DNA of 64,000 bases, taken from IMG/VR virus record IMGVR_UViG_3300020391_000003, positions 96,001 to 160,000 of that record; one strand, given 5' to 3'. This stretch comes from a virus. A model generated the notes under the pieces. The model saw only the letters and a program-made list of their open reading frames with translations, made no database searches and was not told the DNA's origin. Positions 34,238 through 43,777 of the stretch are shown here, in pieces. The translations under genes and the position numbers were made by a program. The first letter of the stretch is position 1. Each line of letters begins with the position of its first letter.

Positions 34238-34958
34238 CTTCTCTTACGAAGACAAGTCTGAAGAAATTGATTTAGAAATAAAAAAGAGGCGAGGAAAATG
34301 GTTCCTTGATTCTTTAGCTTGGTTTGACTTTGAAGATGTTGAGCAAATTATAAAAGCTCATATTTATAAGAAATGGCATCAATGGGATCAGTCGAGGTCA
34401 TTAAAGCCTTGGATAAATAAAATTATCACAAATCAGATGAAAAATATATTGCGCAATAATTACAGTAATTTTGTGCGCCCATGCCTGAATTGTCCGTTTA
34501 ATCAGTCTTGCGCAACTAAAGGCGGTGGAGAAGCTTCCTTGTGTGGCTTTACAAAAAGTGGCCTACAAGACTCTACTTGTCCGCTTTATGCAAAATGGGA
34601 AAGAACAAAAAAACCAGCTTACGGAATAAAAATGGCTTTAGCTTTAGAAAATCACTCGCATGAAGTATGCTCTATGCCAGATCAAAATTTTGATATTTTA
34701 GAAGCTCAAGATAAGTTGAATCAATATATGAAGAAAGATCTTTCATCTAAACAATACCAAGTATATGAATTATTATTTGTAAAACATATGGACGAAGAAG
34801 AGGTTGCTAAAAAAATGGGATATAAAACAAGCGAAAAGGGTAGAAAGGCTGGATACAAGCAAATCAAAAATTTAAAGAAAATATTTAAACAAAAAGCTCA
34901 AGAAATATTGAAAAATCAAGACATAATTACTGTTAGAGCGGTTACGCCATGGAATTAA
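34215..34958 (+). CDS. ECF-like RNA polymerase sigma factor with a Cys-rich insertion
   Basis: Region 2-like EDVEQ..WDQSRSLKPWINKIITN; region 4-like LSSKQYQVYELLF..EEVAKKMG. Confidence 0.75.
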   Translation: MEDPENHNFSYEDKSEEIDLEIKKRRGKWFLDSLAWFDFEDVEQIIKAHIYKKWHQWDQSRSLKPWINKIITNQMKNILRNNYSNFVRPCLNCPFNQSCATKGGGEASLCGFTKSGLQDSTCPLYAKWERTKKPAYGIKMALALENHSHEVCSMPDQNFDILEAQDKLNQYMKKDLSSKQYQVYELLFVKHMDEEEVAKKMGYKTSEKGRKAGYKQIKNLKKIFKQKAQEILKNQDIITVRAVTPWN

Positions 34959-36001
34959 GCGAGCAACAAAAACAGATAGTTAGAGAAAATGCTTCCTCGA
35001 TAAGCGATCTAACAGAACTAACTAGATTGGCTTTTCCTGATGCAGAAAAGATTGATGGAAGAAGTAAGCAGGGCAGGGCGGTCAGAGAGTTTCTTTTGAA
35101 TAACGAAATAGAATATGAGACAAAGCATATATATCCAAAAGAAGATATACAGCTTACGCAAGAGCAAAAAGAATTTATTGATCAGTCTGTTTTAAGCGGA
35201 ATGACCTGCGCTCAGGCAGCTTCTGTACTTTTCCCAGATATAAGGGTTACTCATAATGCAAAAGAATATCAAGCTGTATTTGAATACGTTGATACAAATG
35301 AAAATATTAAAACACCAGCTTCTGAGGACGCCATAAACAAAAGATACTCTCCTCCCAAAGCAATAAGTAAAATCATAAAAAAAATAAATGATTATGCTCA
35401 AACATCAATAAATGAAGACAAGATGACAATCATAGAAAAAAGAGGAGTAGAATCTCTAGGAAACTTTCTATCATCTCCTAGATTTATTCAAATTATAAAT
35501 AATTATGATAGTCAAGCTGATAGAGATTTATTTGAAGCAGAATTTGTTAGAGCTACTTGGGATAAGCCAGATTTAACGTCTGATGAAATTAACTTGTATA
35601 TCAATGTTTGTATAGATTATATTCACCTGAAAAATATTCAAAGCGCAATTAACAAATTAAACAGAATGTTTGACGAAGCAGAAGATCAACAAGACTTAAC
35701 TGTGAGACTTGCAGAACTACTAAAAACAAAAAGCGAAGAATATAATCAATGTGAAAAACGCATGGAGTCTTTGATTCAAAAGCTTCAGGGAGATAGATCA
35801 AAAAGGATATCAAGCAAACAACAACAAAACGCTAATATACTAGCTTTAGTTCAATTGTTTCAAGAGGAAGAAGAACGCAAAGTTATGATTAAGATTGCCG
35901 AGCTTCAAAAGCAAGCAGCTAGAGAAGAGGCAGATAAACTAGAATCTATGCCAGACTGGAAAGCTAGGGTATTAGGAATTTCTAAAGAAGATGTCATATA
36001 A
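34949..36001 (+). CDS. Helical/coiled-coil protein; candidate terminase small subunit
   Basis: 350 aa; position upstream of TerL is the only evidence. Confidence 0.4.
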   Translation: MELSEQQKQIVRENASSISDLTELTRLAFPDAEKIDGRSKQGRAVREFLLNNEIEYETKHIYPKEDIQLTQEQKEFIDQSVLSGMTCAQAASVLFPDIRVTHNAKEYQAVFEYVDTNENIKTPASEDAINKRYSPPKAISKIIKKINDYAQTSINEDKMTIIEKRGVESLGNFLSSPRFIQIINNYDSQADRDLFEAEFVRATWDKPDLTSDEINLYINVCIDYIHLKNIQSAINKLNRMFDEAEDQQDLTVRLAELLKTKSEEYNQCEKRMESLIQKLQGDRSKRISSKQQQNANILALVQLFQEEEERKVMIKIAELQKQAAREEADKLESMPDWKARVLGISKEDVI

Positions 36002-36911
36002 ATGCAAAGTCTGCGAGCAAGTCTTTGATGAAGAAAAACAACTTCACATGCATTTACGTTCGCATAAATTAATGCTTTCCGAGTATTATCTAAAATATTA
36101 TCCGAGAAAAAATCTATATACTGGAGAGCCTTTACCTTTTAAAACTAAAGAACAATATTTCTCAAAAGACTTTTCTCATAGACAACAGTTATTAAATTGG
36201 TGCAAAGAAAATGAACCAGAAACTGTAAAAGAATATATTCTAAAATTACTGCAAAATAGAATACAAAAAAAGAATTTAAAGTATGGCCCATCTCATTTAG
36301 AATTGGAGCTTCACGATTTACCAACAATAGAAATTTATCAAAAGCATTTTGGATCATATACTGCGGCCTGTAAAGCTGCTGGAGTAAACCCAATGTTTGG
36401 ATCTCGTTTGCCTGATGAGTGGTCAAATCGATCTTATAAAAATGTAAAGGTTTTTATTGATACAAGAGAGCAACAGCCTCTAAAGTTTACTAACTCTGAA
36501 TCGTTAAAGTTGGATTTTGGAGACTATGCAGTGGGCAAAGAATATTACGATTATACTTATGTGGATAGAAAGGGAGAACAAGATTTTAAATCAACTTTGA
36601 GTAAAAATAATTTAGAAAGATTTACTTATGAACTGAAAAGGGCAAGGGATTTCGATAGTTATTTATTTGTTGTTACTGAGGGGAGTATTAGAGATATAGA
36701 GAAGCATAATAGGTGGACTCATCATACTTCAAATATGAAATATATTTATCATAACATGCGAGAGCTCGCGCACAAGTTTTGTGGAAATTGTCAGTTTATA
36801 TTTACTAAAAATAGAGAAGAATCCGAGCATATAATCCCAAAAATACTGGTACTTGGCAAAAGATTATGGGATGTAGATATGCAATATTATATAGATAGAA
36901 AGATGATATAA
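35991..36911 (+). CDS. C2H2 zinc finger + ERCC4-like nuclease
   Basis: CKVC..LHMHLRSH; FIDTREQQP..LDFGDY..VDRK. Confidence 0.8.
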   Translation: MSYKCKVCEQVFDEEKQLHMHLRSHKLMLSEYYLKYYPRKNLYTGEPLPFKTKEQYFSKDFSHRQQLLNWCKENEPETVKEYILKLLQNRIQKKNLKYGPSHLELELHDLPTIEIYQKHFGSYTAACKAAGVNPMFGSRLPDEWSNRSYKNVKVFIDTREQQPLKFTNSESLKLDFGDYAVGKEYYDYTYVDRKGEQDFKSTLSKNNLERFTYELKRARDFDSYLFVVTEGSIRDIEKHNRWTHHTSNMKYIYHNMRELAHKFCGNCQFIFTKNREESEHIIPKILVLGKRLWDVDMQYYIDRKMI

Positions 36912-38782
36912 TGGTTTGGGAAACAGGAAATCAATTATCTAGATCTTCTGAGAAAGATTTTAATGAAGAGCTGACAAAAATCAAAGGCTTTATTGACGAA
37001 AAAGATGCAAAAATATTACTGTATAAATTTTTAAGAGAAAACATAACTTTTACAGCAGACTTAGTAAGCGGAGTAAAACTATTTCCATTTCAGCACATGG
37101 CAATTAAATCCATGTTTAATACGGATTACTTTATGGGAGTATGGAGTCGAGGTATGAGTAAATCTTTTACCACAGCAATTTTTGCTTATCTGGATGCAAT
37201 GCTTAATCAAGGAGTTGAGATAGGTATTTTATCTAAATCATTTCGTCAAGCAAAAATGATATTCAAAAAAATAGAAGATATAGCTTCTAAGCCTGGCGCT
37301 GCATATTTGTCTCAATGCATAACTCATAAATCAAAAAGTAATGATGAATGGCTTCTGGAAATTGGTTCTAGCCGTATTCGTGCATTACCTTTGGGCGATG
37401 GAGAAAAACTAAGAGGATTTAGATTTCACAGAATCATTATTGATGAGTTCGCATTGATGCCAGAAAGAATATATAATGAGGTTATAATTCCGTTTTTGAG
37501 TGTTGTTGAAAATCCAACTCAAAGAGAAGAGCTTTTTAATGTAGAAACGCAATTGATTAATGACGGTAAAATGAAAGAAGAAGATCGTCATGTTTGGAAA
37601 AACAATAAATTGATTGCATTAAGTTCTGCAAGCTACAAATTTGAATATATGTATAAAGCATACGAGCAATTTGAGCATCTAATTCAGGCAGGAAGCACAA
37701 GGCAGAGTGATGCGCATAGAGTTATTATGCAATTTAGTTATGATTGCGCTCCAAAGCAACTTTATGATCAAAATCTTTTGGATCAAGCAAAATCAACAAT
37801 GAGTCAAAGCCAGTTTGATCGAGAGTTTGGTTCTATATTTACTGATGATAGCAGCGGTTATTTTAAAACTTCCAAAATGGCTTCATGTACTCTTAAAGAC
37901 GGAGAAACGCCTACTGTAGAAGTTTGTGGAGAAGTAGGAGCAAAATATATTCTTGCATTTGACCCAAGTTGGGCAGAAAGTGAAAGCAGCGACGATTTTG
38001 CAATGATGGTTTTAAAATTAAATGACGATAAGAAGATTGGAACAGTTGTTCATAGTTATGCTTTAAGTGGTGCAAATTTAAAGCAACATATATTTTATTT
38101 TTATTATTTATTAAAACATTTTAATATTGTATCTATCGTTGGAGATTATAATGGAGGTGTTCAGTTTATTAATGCTTGTAATGAAAGTAGTTTATTCAAA
38201 AAAAATAAATTAAATATAAAATGTTTAAATACTAACTTTGATGATATAGAAAATTATCAACAAAAATTAGCAGAAGGAAAAAAAGAATATAATTTAAAAG
38301 ATAAAACTATTTGTTATTTGAGAAAACCAACAAGCCAATGGATCAGGGTGGCCAATGAATTGCTGCAAGCAAACTTTGATCATCATAGAATATTTTTTGG
38401 TTCCAGGGCAATTGATGATGCATACAATGAGCAGCGACAAAAAAAGATACCAATTCAGGATATTAATTTTCTGAGAACATCTCAGAGTTTAGAACGTCAA
38501 ACTAATGCCGCAAAGATGATTGATTTCGTGGAGCATCAGTTTGATATGATGAACTTAATCAAAACACAATGCTCTTTAATTCAAATCACTACATCAGCTG
38601 GTGGAACGCAAACATTTGATCTGCCGCCAACATTAAAAAGACAGACTGGGCCAGAAAAAGCAAGAAAAGATAGTTATTCTGCATTAATACTTGGCAATTG
38701 GATGGTTAAGTTGTACTATGATATAGTGAACGTAAAAACTGATAATGTTAACTATACCTTTACTCCCATGTTTATAAACTAG
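36911..38782 (+). CDS. terL: Terminase large subunit
   Basis: WSRGMSKS Walker A, RGFRFHRIIIDE Walker B, AFDPS..DDFA and KDSYSA RNaseH-like nuclease motifs. Confidence 0.9.
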   Translation: MVWETGNQLSRSSEKDFNEELTKIKGFIDEKDAKILLYKFLRENITFTADLVSGVKLFPFQHMAIKSMFNTDYFMGVWSRGMSKSFTTAIFAYLDAMLNQGVEIGILSKSFRQAKMIFKKIEDIASKPGAAYLSQCITHKSKSNDEWLLEIGSSRIRALPLGDGEKLRGFRFHRIIIDEFALMPERIYNEVIIPFLSVVENPTQREELFNVETQLINDGKMKEEDRHVWKNNKLIALSSASYKFEYMYKAYEQFEHLIQAGSTRQSDAHRVIMQFSYDCAPKQLYDQNLLDQAKSTMSQSQFDREFGSIFTDDSSGYFKTSKMASCTLKDGETPTVEVCGEVGAKYILAFDPSWAESESSDDFAMMVLKLNDDKKIGTVVHSYALSGANLKQHIFYFYYLLKHFNIVSIVGDYNGGVQFINACNESSLFKKNKLNIKCLNTNFDDIENYQQKLAEGKKEYNLKDKTICYLRKPTSQWIRVANELLQANFDHHRIFFGSRAIDDAYNEQRQKKIPIQDINFLRTSQSLERQTNAAKMIDFVEHQFDMMNLIKTQCSLIQITTSAGGTQTFDLPPTLKRQTGPEKARKDSYSALILGNWMVKLYYDIVNVKTDNVNYTFTPMFIN

Positions 38783-38799
38783 GTGTACCTTTCTTGTAA

Positions 38800-40419
38800 A
38801 TGTCTAAAGAATATAAATATACAACAACGTTTGAAAATATAATTTTTGCATCGAGCGATATTGAAGACTCAAATATCAGTCAAGCTTCTTTGGAATCTTT
38901 GAGACCTTTGATTCCTGCAAGTATTGATTTAGACAAAAATATTGATTTGCTTGGAGTAGCTTTTAATGCTGCAGTTGTAAATAAATTTAATAAAAATGGA
39001 GATGGTATTGATAGTGAAGCGGCAGTTAAAATCAAAGATTATTTTGTTCACAAACCTGCAAACATAGAGCATGATAGAGACAGAATAGTGGGGCACATTG
39101 TTTCTGCTGGATTTTCAAAATACTCTGACTCTTCAGAATTGATGAGCGACGAGGAAGCTTTGGTTGAAGACAAAGCTTATAATATTGCATTGGCTGCAGT
39201 AGTTTATCGAACAGCCAGCAAAGAGTTTGCAGATTTAGTTGTTAATTCGACAGATCCAGACAGCGACTTTTTTGAAAGTGTTTCTGCTAGTTGGGAAGTT
39301 GGATTTAATGATTACGTAATTTCAGTGGGAGGAGATGACTTACATGAGTCTACTATAATTTCTAACCCAGAGGAGGTCAAAGCATACTCTCCTTATTTAA
39401 AATCTTTAGGTGGAAAAGGAATGCTTCAAGACGGAAGAAAAGTAAATCGATTAATAGTTGGAGATATTTATCCACTAGGAATTGGCTTTACTTCTAATCC
39501 TGCTGCCGATGTCAAAGGCCTTGTTGCCGAGAAAGGAGAATCTAAACCAGAACCTTCTGTTAAAAAAGATCCTATCGACAAGTTAATGACAAAAAGCAAA
39601 AAAACTTCCCATTCTACTCAAGAAAATGTACTAAACAAAGAAACCTATCATAATAACATTATGGACAAAGATCAAATCATCAATGAATTCCGAGCAGCTT
39701 TAGACGAAAAGCTTGGCAACCAAGATTTTTCTGAAGAGAGTGTCGCAAGCATCTCTAAAGTTTTTATCGAGGCTATCCGAGAGAAAGGCGAGCAATATGT
39801 CGCCGATCTTGAAAAGGCTAAAGCTGAAAAAGAAGAAGCTGTTCAGGCTCAAAATTCTCTTCAAGAGAAAATGGGAGAAGTGGAGCAGCAATTACAATCC
39901 ACGCAAGAAAAACTTTCTGTGTTAGAAGAAGAAAATTCTGCTAGAGAAGCAGAAATTCGCTTCAACTCACGCATGGAAGCTTTAAACGAAATCTATGACC
40001 TTGACGAAGATGATTCCAAAATTGTGGCTTCTGAAATCAGCGACCTTGACGAAAGCGAAGAAAGCTTTGCAGAATATCAAGAAAAACTCGCTAAAGTCTG
40101 GAAGCACAAGAACAAAGAATTTATCGCAGCTGAGCAAAAAGCTTTTGAAGATCGTGTGGCTCAAGAAGTTGAGAAACGAATCGCTCAAGCATCAGAATCT
40201 CAGCAAGACACAGAAACCGAAGAAGAACTTGAAGTTGCAGAAGCATCTGCAGAAAAAACTGAAGATGCTGAAGAAGCTGATGCAGTAGAAGAAGCTCTTG
40301 AAAGTTTAGAAGTCGAAGAAGCAGCCGTTGTCAATAACAACGAATCTTCTTCTGATGGAGAATCTTTAAGAGATCGTCTTCAAAAGACTTTCAAGGATTC
40401 TGTAAAAATTTCATACTAA
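38800..40419 (+). CDS. Prohead protease fused to an acidic scaffold domain
   Basis: NKNGDG..KPANIEHD..VGHI..SASWEVGF; long E-rich coiled-coil C-terminus; directly upstream of capsid genes. Confidence 0.75.
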   Translation: MSKEYKYTTTFENIIFASSDIEDSNISQASLESLRPLIPASIDLDKNIDLLGVAFNAAVVNKFNKNGDGIDSEAAVKIKDYFVHKPANIEHDRDRIVGHIVSAGFSKYSDSSELMSDEEALVEDKAYNIALAAVVYRTASKEFADLVVNSTDPDSDFFESVSASWEVGFNDYVISVGGDDLHESTIISNPEEVKAYSPYLKSLGGKGMLQDGRKVNRLIVGDIYPLGIGFTSNPAADVKGLVAEKGESKPEPSVKKDPIDKLMTKSKKTSHSTQENVLNKETYHNNIMDKDQIINEFRAALDEKLGNQDFSEESVASISKVFIEAIREKGEQYVADLEKAKAEKEEAVQAQNSLQEKMGEVEQQLQSTQEKLSVLEEENSAREAEIRFNSRMEALNEIYDLDEDDSKIVASEISDLDESEESFAEYQEKLAKVWKHKNKEFIAAEQKAFEDRVAQEVEKRIAQASESQQDTETEEELEVAEASAEKTEDAEEADAVEEALESLEVEEAAVVNNNESSSDGESLRDRLQKTFKDSVKISY

Positions 40420-40440
40420 TATATATAGAAGAAAAAAATT

Positions 40441-41064
40441 ATGGCAAAAAGAATACTACCATACCGAGACTACAGCGAACACGACGTCGTTAATCTCTTC
40501 GCTCTTGATGTTTCTAGCGCAACCTTGGCTAACATGGTTCCTGGAGGCTCCGGCGATTTTGATGCAGGCGTAGTGGTCAAAGTAAGTGCGGGCGCACTCC
40601 CCGGTGACACACCATCAACACTTGAAACTTCAGGAAGTCTTAGAGACTATCTTGGAGCAAGTTTTAGTGGTGCACACATCGGATTTAACGCATACCCCTC
40701 TAACGGTATGACGGTTGTCCCCGCTGATGGCTCCGGAGCAACTCTGGGTATCACACTTCGTGAAACCTTAGCGTTCGACGAAAACGGAGAGAAAATGTTA
40801 TACTACAAGCAAAAGCTTGATGAAGCACAAGGAGTTCTTCCTGGCGAAACAGTTCCTGTTTTGTGCAAGGGAATGGTTCTTTTGGCTGCATCCGCTTTTA
40901 CGTCTGCGCCTTCACTAGGAGATGACCTCGAGGTTGATTCTAGCTCTGGTAATGCTGGAAAGCTTGTAACCGCATCAACTGGAACTGTTGTAGGAAAAGT
41001 TATCGCTACTGGTGTTGACACAAGCAACTCAGCTGCTAAATTTCTCTGCAAGGTTAGCTTCTAA
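40441..41064 (+). CDS. Head decoration/cement-like protein
   Basis: Position between scaffold and MCP; VLPGETVPVLCKG; GTVVGKVI. Confidence 0.6.
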   Translation: MAKRILPYRDYSEHDVVNLFALDVSSATLANMVPGGSGDFDAGVVVKVSAGALPGDTPSTLETSGSLRDYLGASFSGAHIGFNAYPSNGMTVVPADGSGATLGITLRETLAFDENGEKMLYYKQKLDEAQGVLPGETVPVLCKGMVLLAASAFTSAPSLGDDLEVDSSSGNAGKLVTASTGTVVGKVIATGVDTSNSAAKFLCKVSF

Positions 41065-41081
41065 AGAAAGGACTTAATAAA

Positions 41082-42197
41082 ATGAAAATCACTCTAGATA
41101 GAACACCCGAGCAAGTCGAGCTTGTAAAAGCTATGGCTTCCAAGAACAGAGATGTTGCTTATGAAGCTCAAACTGCTTTGGCTGAATTTATTGGCCCAGT
41201 TTTGGCAGAAGTTGTTAACGCAGCTCCCACAGTAAGCAACATGTTTACGTCGCTGCAGTTCAATTCTGATGAAAGCCCAAGCATTCCTTTGGACCTTTAT
41301 CACGACATTACTGATGAAGATTACATTCAGGTTTGGAGTCAGTCAGTTCCTGGCGGACTTCCCACCAACCAAGTCGCTCCTTCGCAAAGCGAGCTTAAGT
41401 TCACAACTTATACTCTCGACAGCGCTTTGAGCTTCGACAAGCGTTACGCTTCTCGTTCAAGACTTGATGTAGTTAGCAAGACATTTACCCGCATGGCTCA
41501 AGAAGTTTTACTTAAGCAAGAAAAAACTTCTGCTTCCATGATCTTCACCGCATTGGCTAACGCTGAAACAAATAGCGAAAAGCACGTTATTCGTTCTGCT
41601 CAAGCTAATCGATTCCTTCTTTCCGACCTTAACAAGTTGTTTACAAAGGCCAAGCGCATTAATACTGCTTGGACCGGTGGAACACCTGCTGAGCGTCGTG
41701 GACGTGGAATCACCGATATTCTCGTTTCTCCTGAAATCGTAGAAGAAATCCGCGGTTTGGCTTATAACCCAATCAACACTGTTGGTACTGATTCTATTCC
41801 TGGAACAGATAGTATGCGTGACGCTGTTTTCAATAGCGCTGGCATTCCTGAGTTCTATGGCGTATCGATCCAAGAGTATAATGAAATGGGCAATGGTCAA
41901 AAATGGAATACTACATTTGATGTAGCTGCAGGTGATACAGAATATGATGATCACTATGCTACGGCAGCAAGCAAAGACACATTTGATGGCTCTACAGAGC
42001 AAATCATCGTTGGTGTTGACCTTAGCCGCGAATCCATGATTCGTGCAGTAGCTACTGATTCCGAGTCCGGAGACGAGTTCTCTCTCGTAGCCGACGATCA
42101 ATTCGTAACACGTCAATCCAAGATTGGTTACTACGGTTCTCTTGAAGAAGGCCGTATGATCATCGATGATCGCGTGTTGCTTGGTCTTATCGTTTAA
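41082..42197 (+). CDS. Major capsid protein (HK97-fold, inferred)
   Basis: 371 aa; position; strongly biased codon usage; strong SD and downstream terminator. Confidence 0.8.
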   Translation: MKITLDRTPEQVELVKAMASKNRDVAYEAQTALAEFIGPVLAEVVNAAPTVSNMFTSLQFNSDESPSIPLDLYHDITDEDYIQVWSQSVPGGLPTNQVAPSQSELKFTTYTLDSALSFDKRYASRSRLDVVSKTFTRMAQEVLLKQEKTSASMIFTALANAETNSEKHVIRSAQANRFLLSDLNKLFTKAKRINTAWTGGTPAERRGRGITDILVSPEIVEEIRGLAYNPINTVGTDSIPGTDSMRDAVFNSAGIPEFYGVSIQEYNEMGNGQKWNTTFDVAAGDTEYDDHYATAASKDTFDGSTEQIIVGVDLSRESMIRAVATDSESGDEFSLVADDQFVTRQSKIGYYGSLEEGRMIIDDRVLLGLIV

Positions 42198-42224
42198 TTT
42201 TTTTAAATTAACGTTTTGTAAAGG

Positions 42225-42254
42225 TCCACCTCAGGCAACTGGGGTGGATTTTTT
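42225..42254 (+). terminator. Intrinsic terminator
   Basis: TCCACCTCAG-GCAA-CTGGGGTGGA plus T-run. Confidence 0.9.
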
Positions 42255-42310
42255 ATTTAATTAGTTTATTATATTAGTGTATAACCCATACAAGGCAAAA
42301 GGTAAAAATT

Positions 42311-42730
42311 ATGGCAAAAAAGAAAACTACTACGAGCAAGTCTACTGCTTCTAAAACTGTAAAGGCAAGGAAACAGCCAAAGCTTGAAGATTTACAACAA
42401 ACAAACGGTAAAAATTATGAGGATCAAGTCGCAAAGGCACGCGAGCTTGAAGAAATTTTAGGTATTCCAAAGATTAATCCATTTAGAACTAATGACAAAA
42501 GAGTATTCGCAGATATGCTGCAAGATATGAACTTAACAGACCTTCAATCATTTGCGGTAAAAGTCGGAGTATTTCCATCTGGAAATAAAACTGTATTAAA
42601 AAACAAAATAAAAAGAGCATTTGATTCTAGCTTGCACGGAAAAGGAAGCGTTCAAGTAATGGGCGAACCCATCAAGTTAGATCCATCAAATCCAAAGCAT
42701 AAGCAAGTTATTGATTATTTAAACAACTAA
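42311..42730 (+). CDS. Hypothetical protein with a basic N-terminus
   Basis: 139-aa ORF. Confidence 0.75.
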   Translation: MAKKKTTTSKSTASKTVKARKQPKLEDLQQTNGKNYEDQVAKARELEEILGIPKINPFRTNDKRVFADMLQDMNLTDLQSFAVKVGVFPSGNKTVLKNKIKRAFDSSLHGKGSVQVMGEPIKLDPSNPKHKQVIDYLNN

Positions 42731-42731
42731 A

Positions 42732-43250
42732 ATGGCTCACGATATTAATCCAGATACAAATCTCGGTCAACTCGCAGTAAAGATTTACGATCAAGAGTTG
42801 GGGTTTGAAGAGCATGGCGATTCTCGTAATTCAGAGATTGGCTTGATATCTGGTTGGCTCGAAGGTCATCTTGGAGAGTTAAATAATTTAATATTTACTT
42901 CTTTTAGCGGAGATAGTCCAGAAAATTTAAAGCTAGAAGAGCAATCTATACTGAGAGAGATGTATGTTTCTGAATATAATCGTAAAGCACATAGAAGAAC
43001 TTTGCGAGGAATTGATGGAACCACACCTGGGCAAGATTTTCAAACAATCAGAGAGGGCGACTCTATGATTCAAAGATCAAATAAAAATGTTACTGCAAAA
43101 AATTATTCAGAAGCATATTCTCAATCTCAAGCAAGATTAAAAGATCTAATATATGCATATAATTTGCATGCAGCGCAACCAAATCAAGTTGTAGGAAAAG
43201 ACGCTCCAAATCAAAAGTCTAGCTCTGGTTTGGATCAATATCTTAATTAA
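42732..43250 (+). CDS. Hypothetical protein, possible head-tail adaptor
   Basis: 172 aa downstream of MCP; positional inference. Confidence 0.4.
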   Translation: MAHDINPDTNLGQLAVKIYDQELGFEEHGDSRNSEIGLISGWLEGHLGELNNLIFTSFSGDSPENLKLEEQSILREMYVSEYNRKAHRRTLRGIDGTTPGQDFQTIREGDSMIQRSNKNVTAKNYSEAYSQSQARLKDLIYAYNLHAAQPNQVVGKDAPNQKSSSGLDQYLN

Positions 43251-43264
43251 GTGTAAGTATAATT

Positions 43265-43777
43265 ATGAGCGAACTCTCAGAAAGTAATCATATGTCAGAT
43301 CATGGCAATACAAATAAAAAAGTAAAATCTGAATTGTATCACATTTGGAAAAAGGCCAGGGTGATGTATGATATGGTAAAGGATGAATCTAATTTAGAAG
43401 GTTGGGTTAAGAATAATATAGCTCAAGCATATGATTTGATTGACCAAGCTATGAGATACTCTGAATACGAGCAAATGTTCCCAGAAAAACAGCCAGAAAC
43501 CCCTGAAGAAGAAAAAAATAATTTTCTTACAAATGAAGACAAAAGGTATCCAACTCCAACCGCGCAAGAATCAGGTGATCAGTTTATGACTAGATGTATT
43601 TTAGACGCAAATATGAAAAAAAGATATCCTGTTCAAGGCGATAGGTTTGCTGCTTGCATGTCAATTTATAATGAAAATAAAGATGCCCCTTCAGAAAATC
43701 CCGGAGAAAAATTTGAAGATCCAATGCAGGTAAAAGAGGATCCAATGGGCGATCCAATTAAACCTCTTCTTCCGTAA
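43265..43777 (+). CDS. Two-domain hypothetical protein with a FMTRC..AAC motif
   Basis: LEGWVKNNIAQA domain plus PTP..FMTRCI..FAACMS. Confidence 0.75.
   Translation: MSELSESNHMSDHGNTNKKVKSELYHIWKKARVMYDMVKDESNLEGWVKNNIAQAYDLIDQAMRYSEYEQMFPEKQPETPEEEKNNFLTNEDKRYPTPTAQESGDQFMTRCILDANMKKRYPVQGDRFAACMSIYNENKDAPSENPGEKFEDPMQVKEDPMGDPIKPLLP

Noticed and set aside
41508-42116. 202-aa antisense ORF within the capsid gene, and other antisense ORFs in the track
   Set aside because: They are fully nested in well-supported genes and explained by codon bias; no independent signals.
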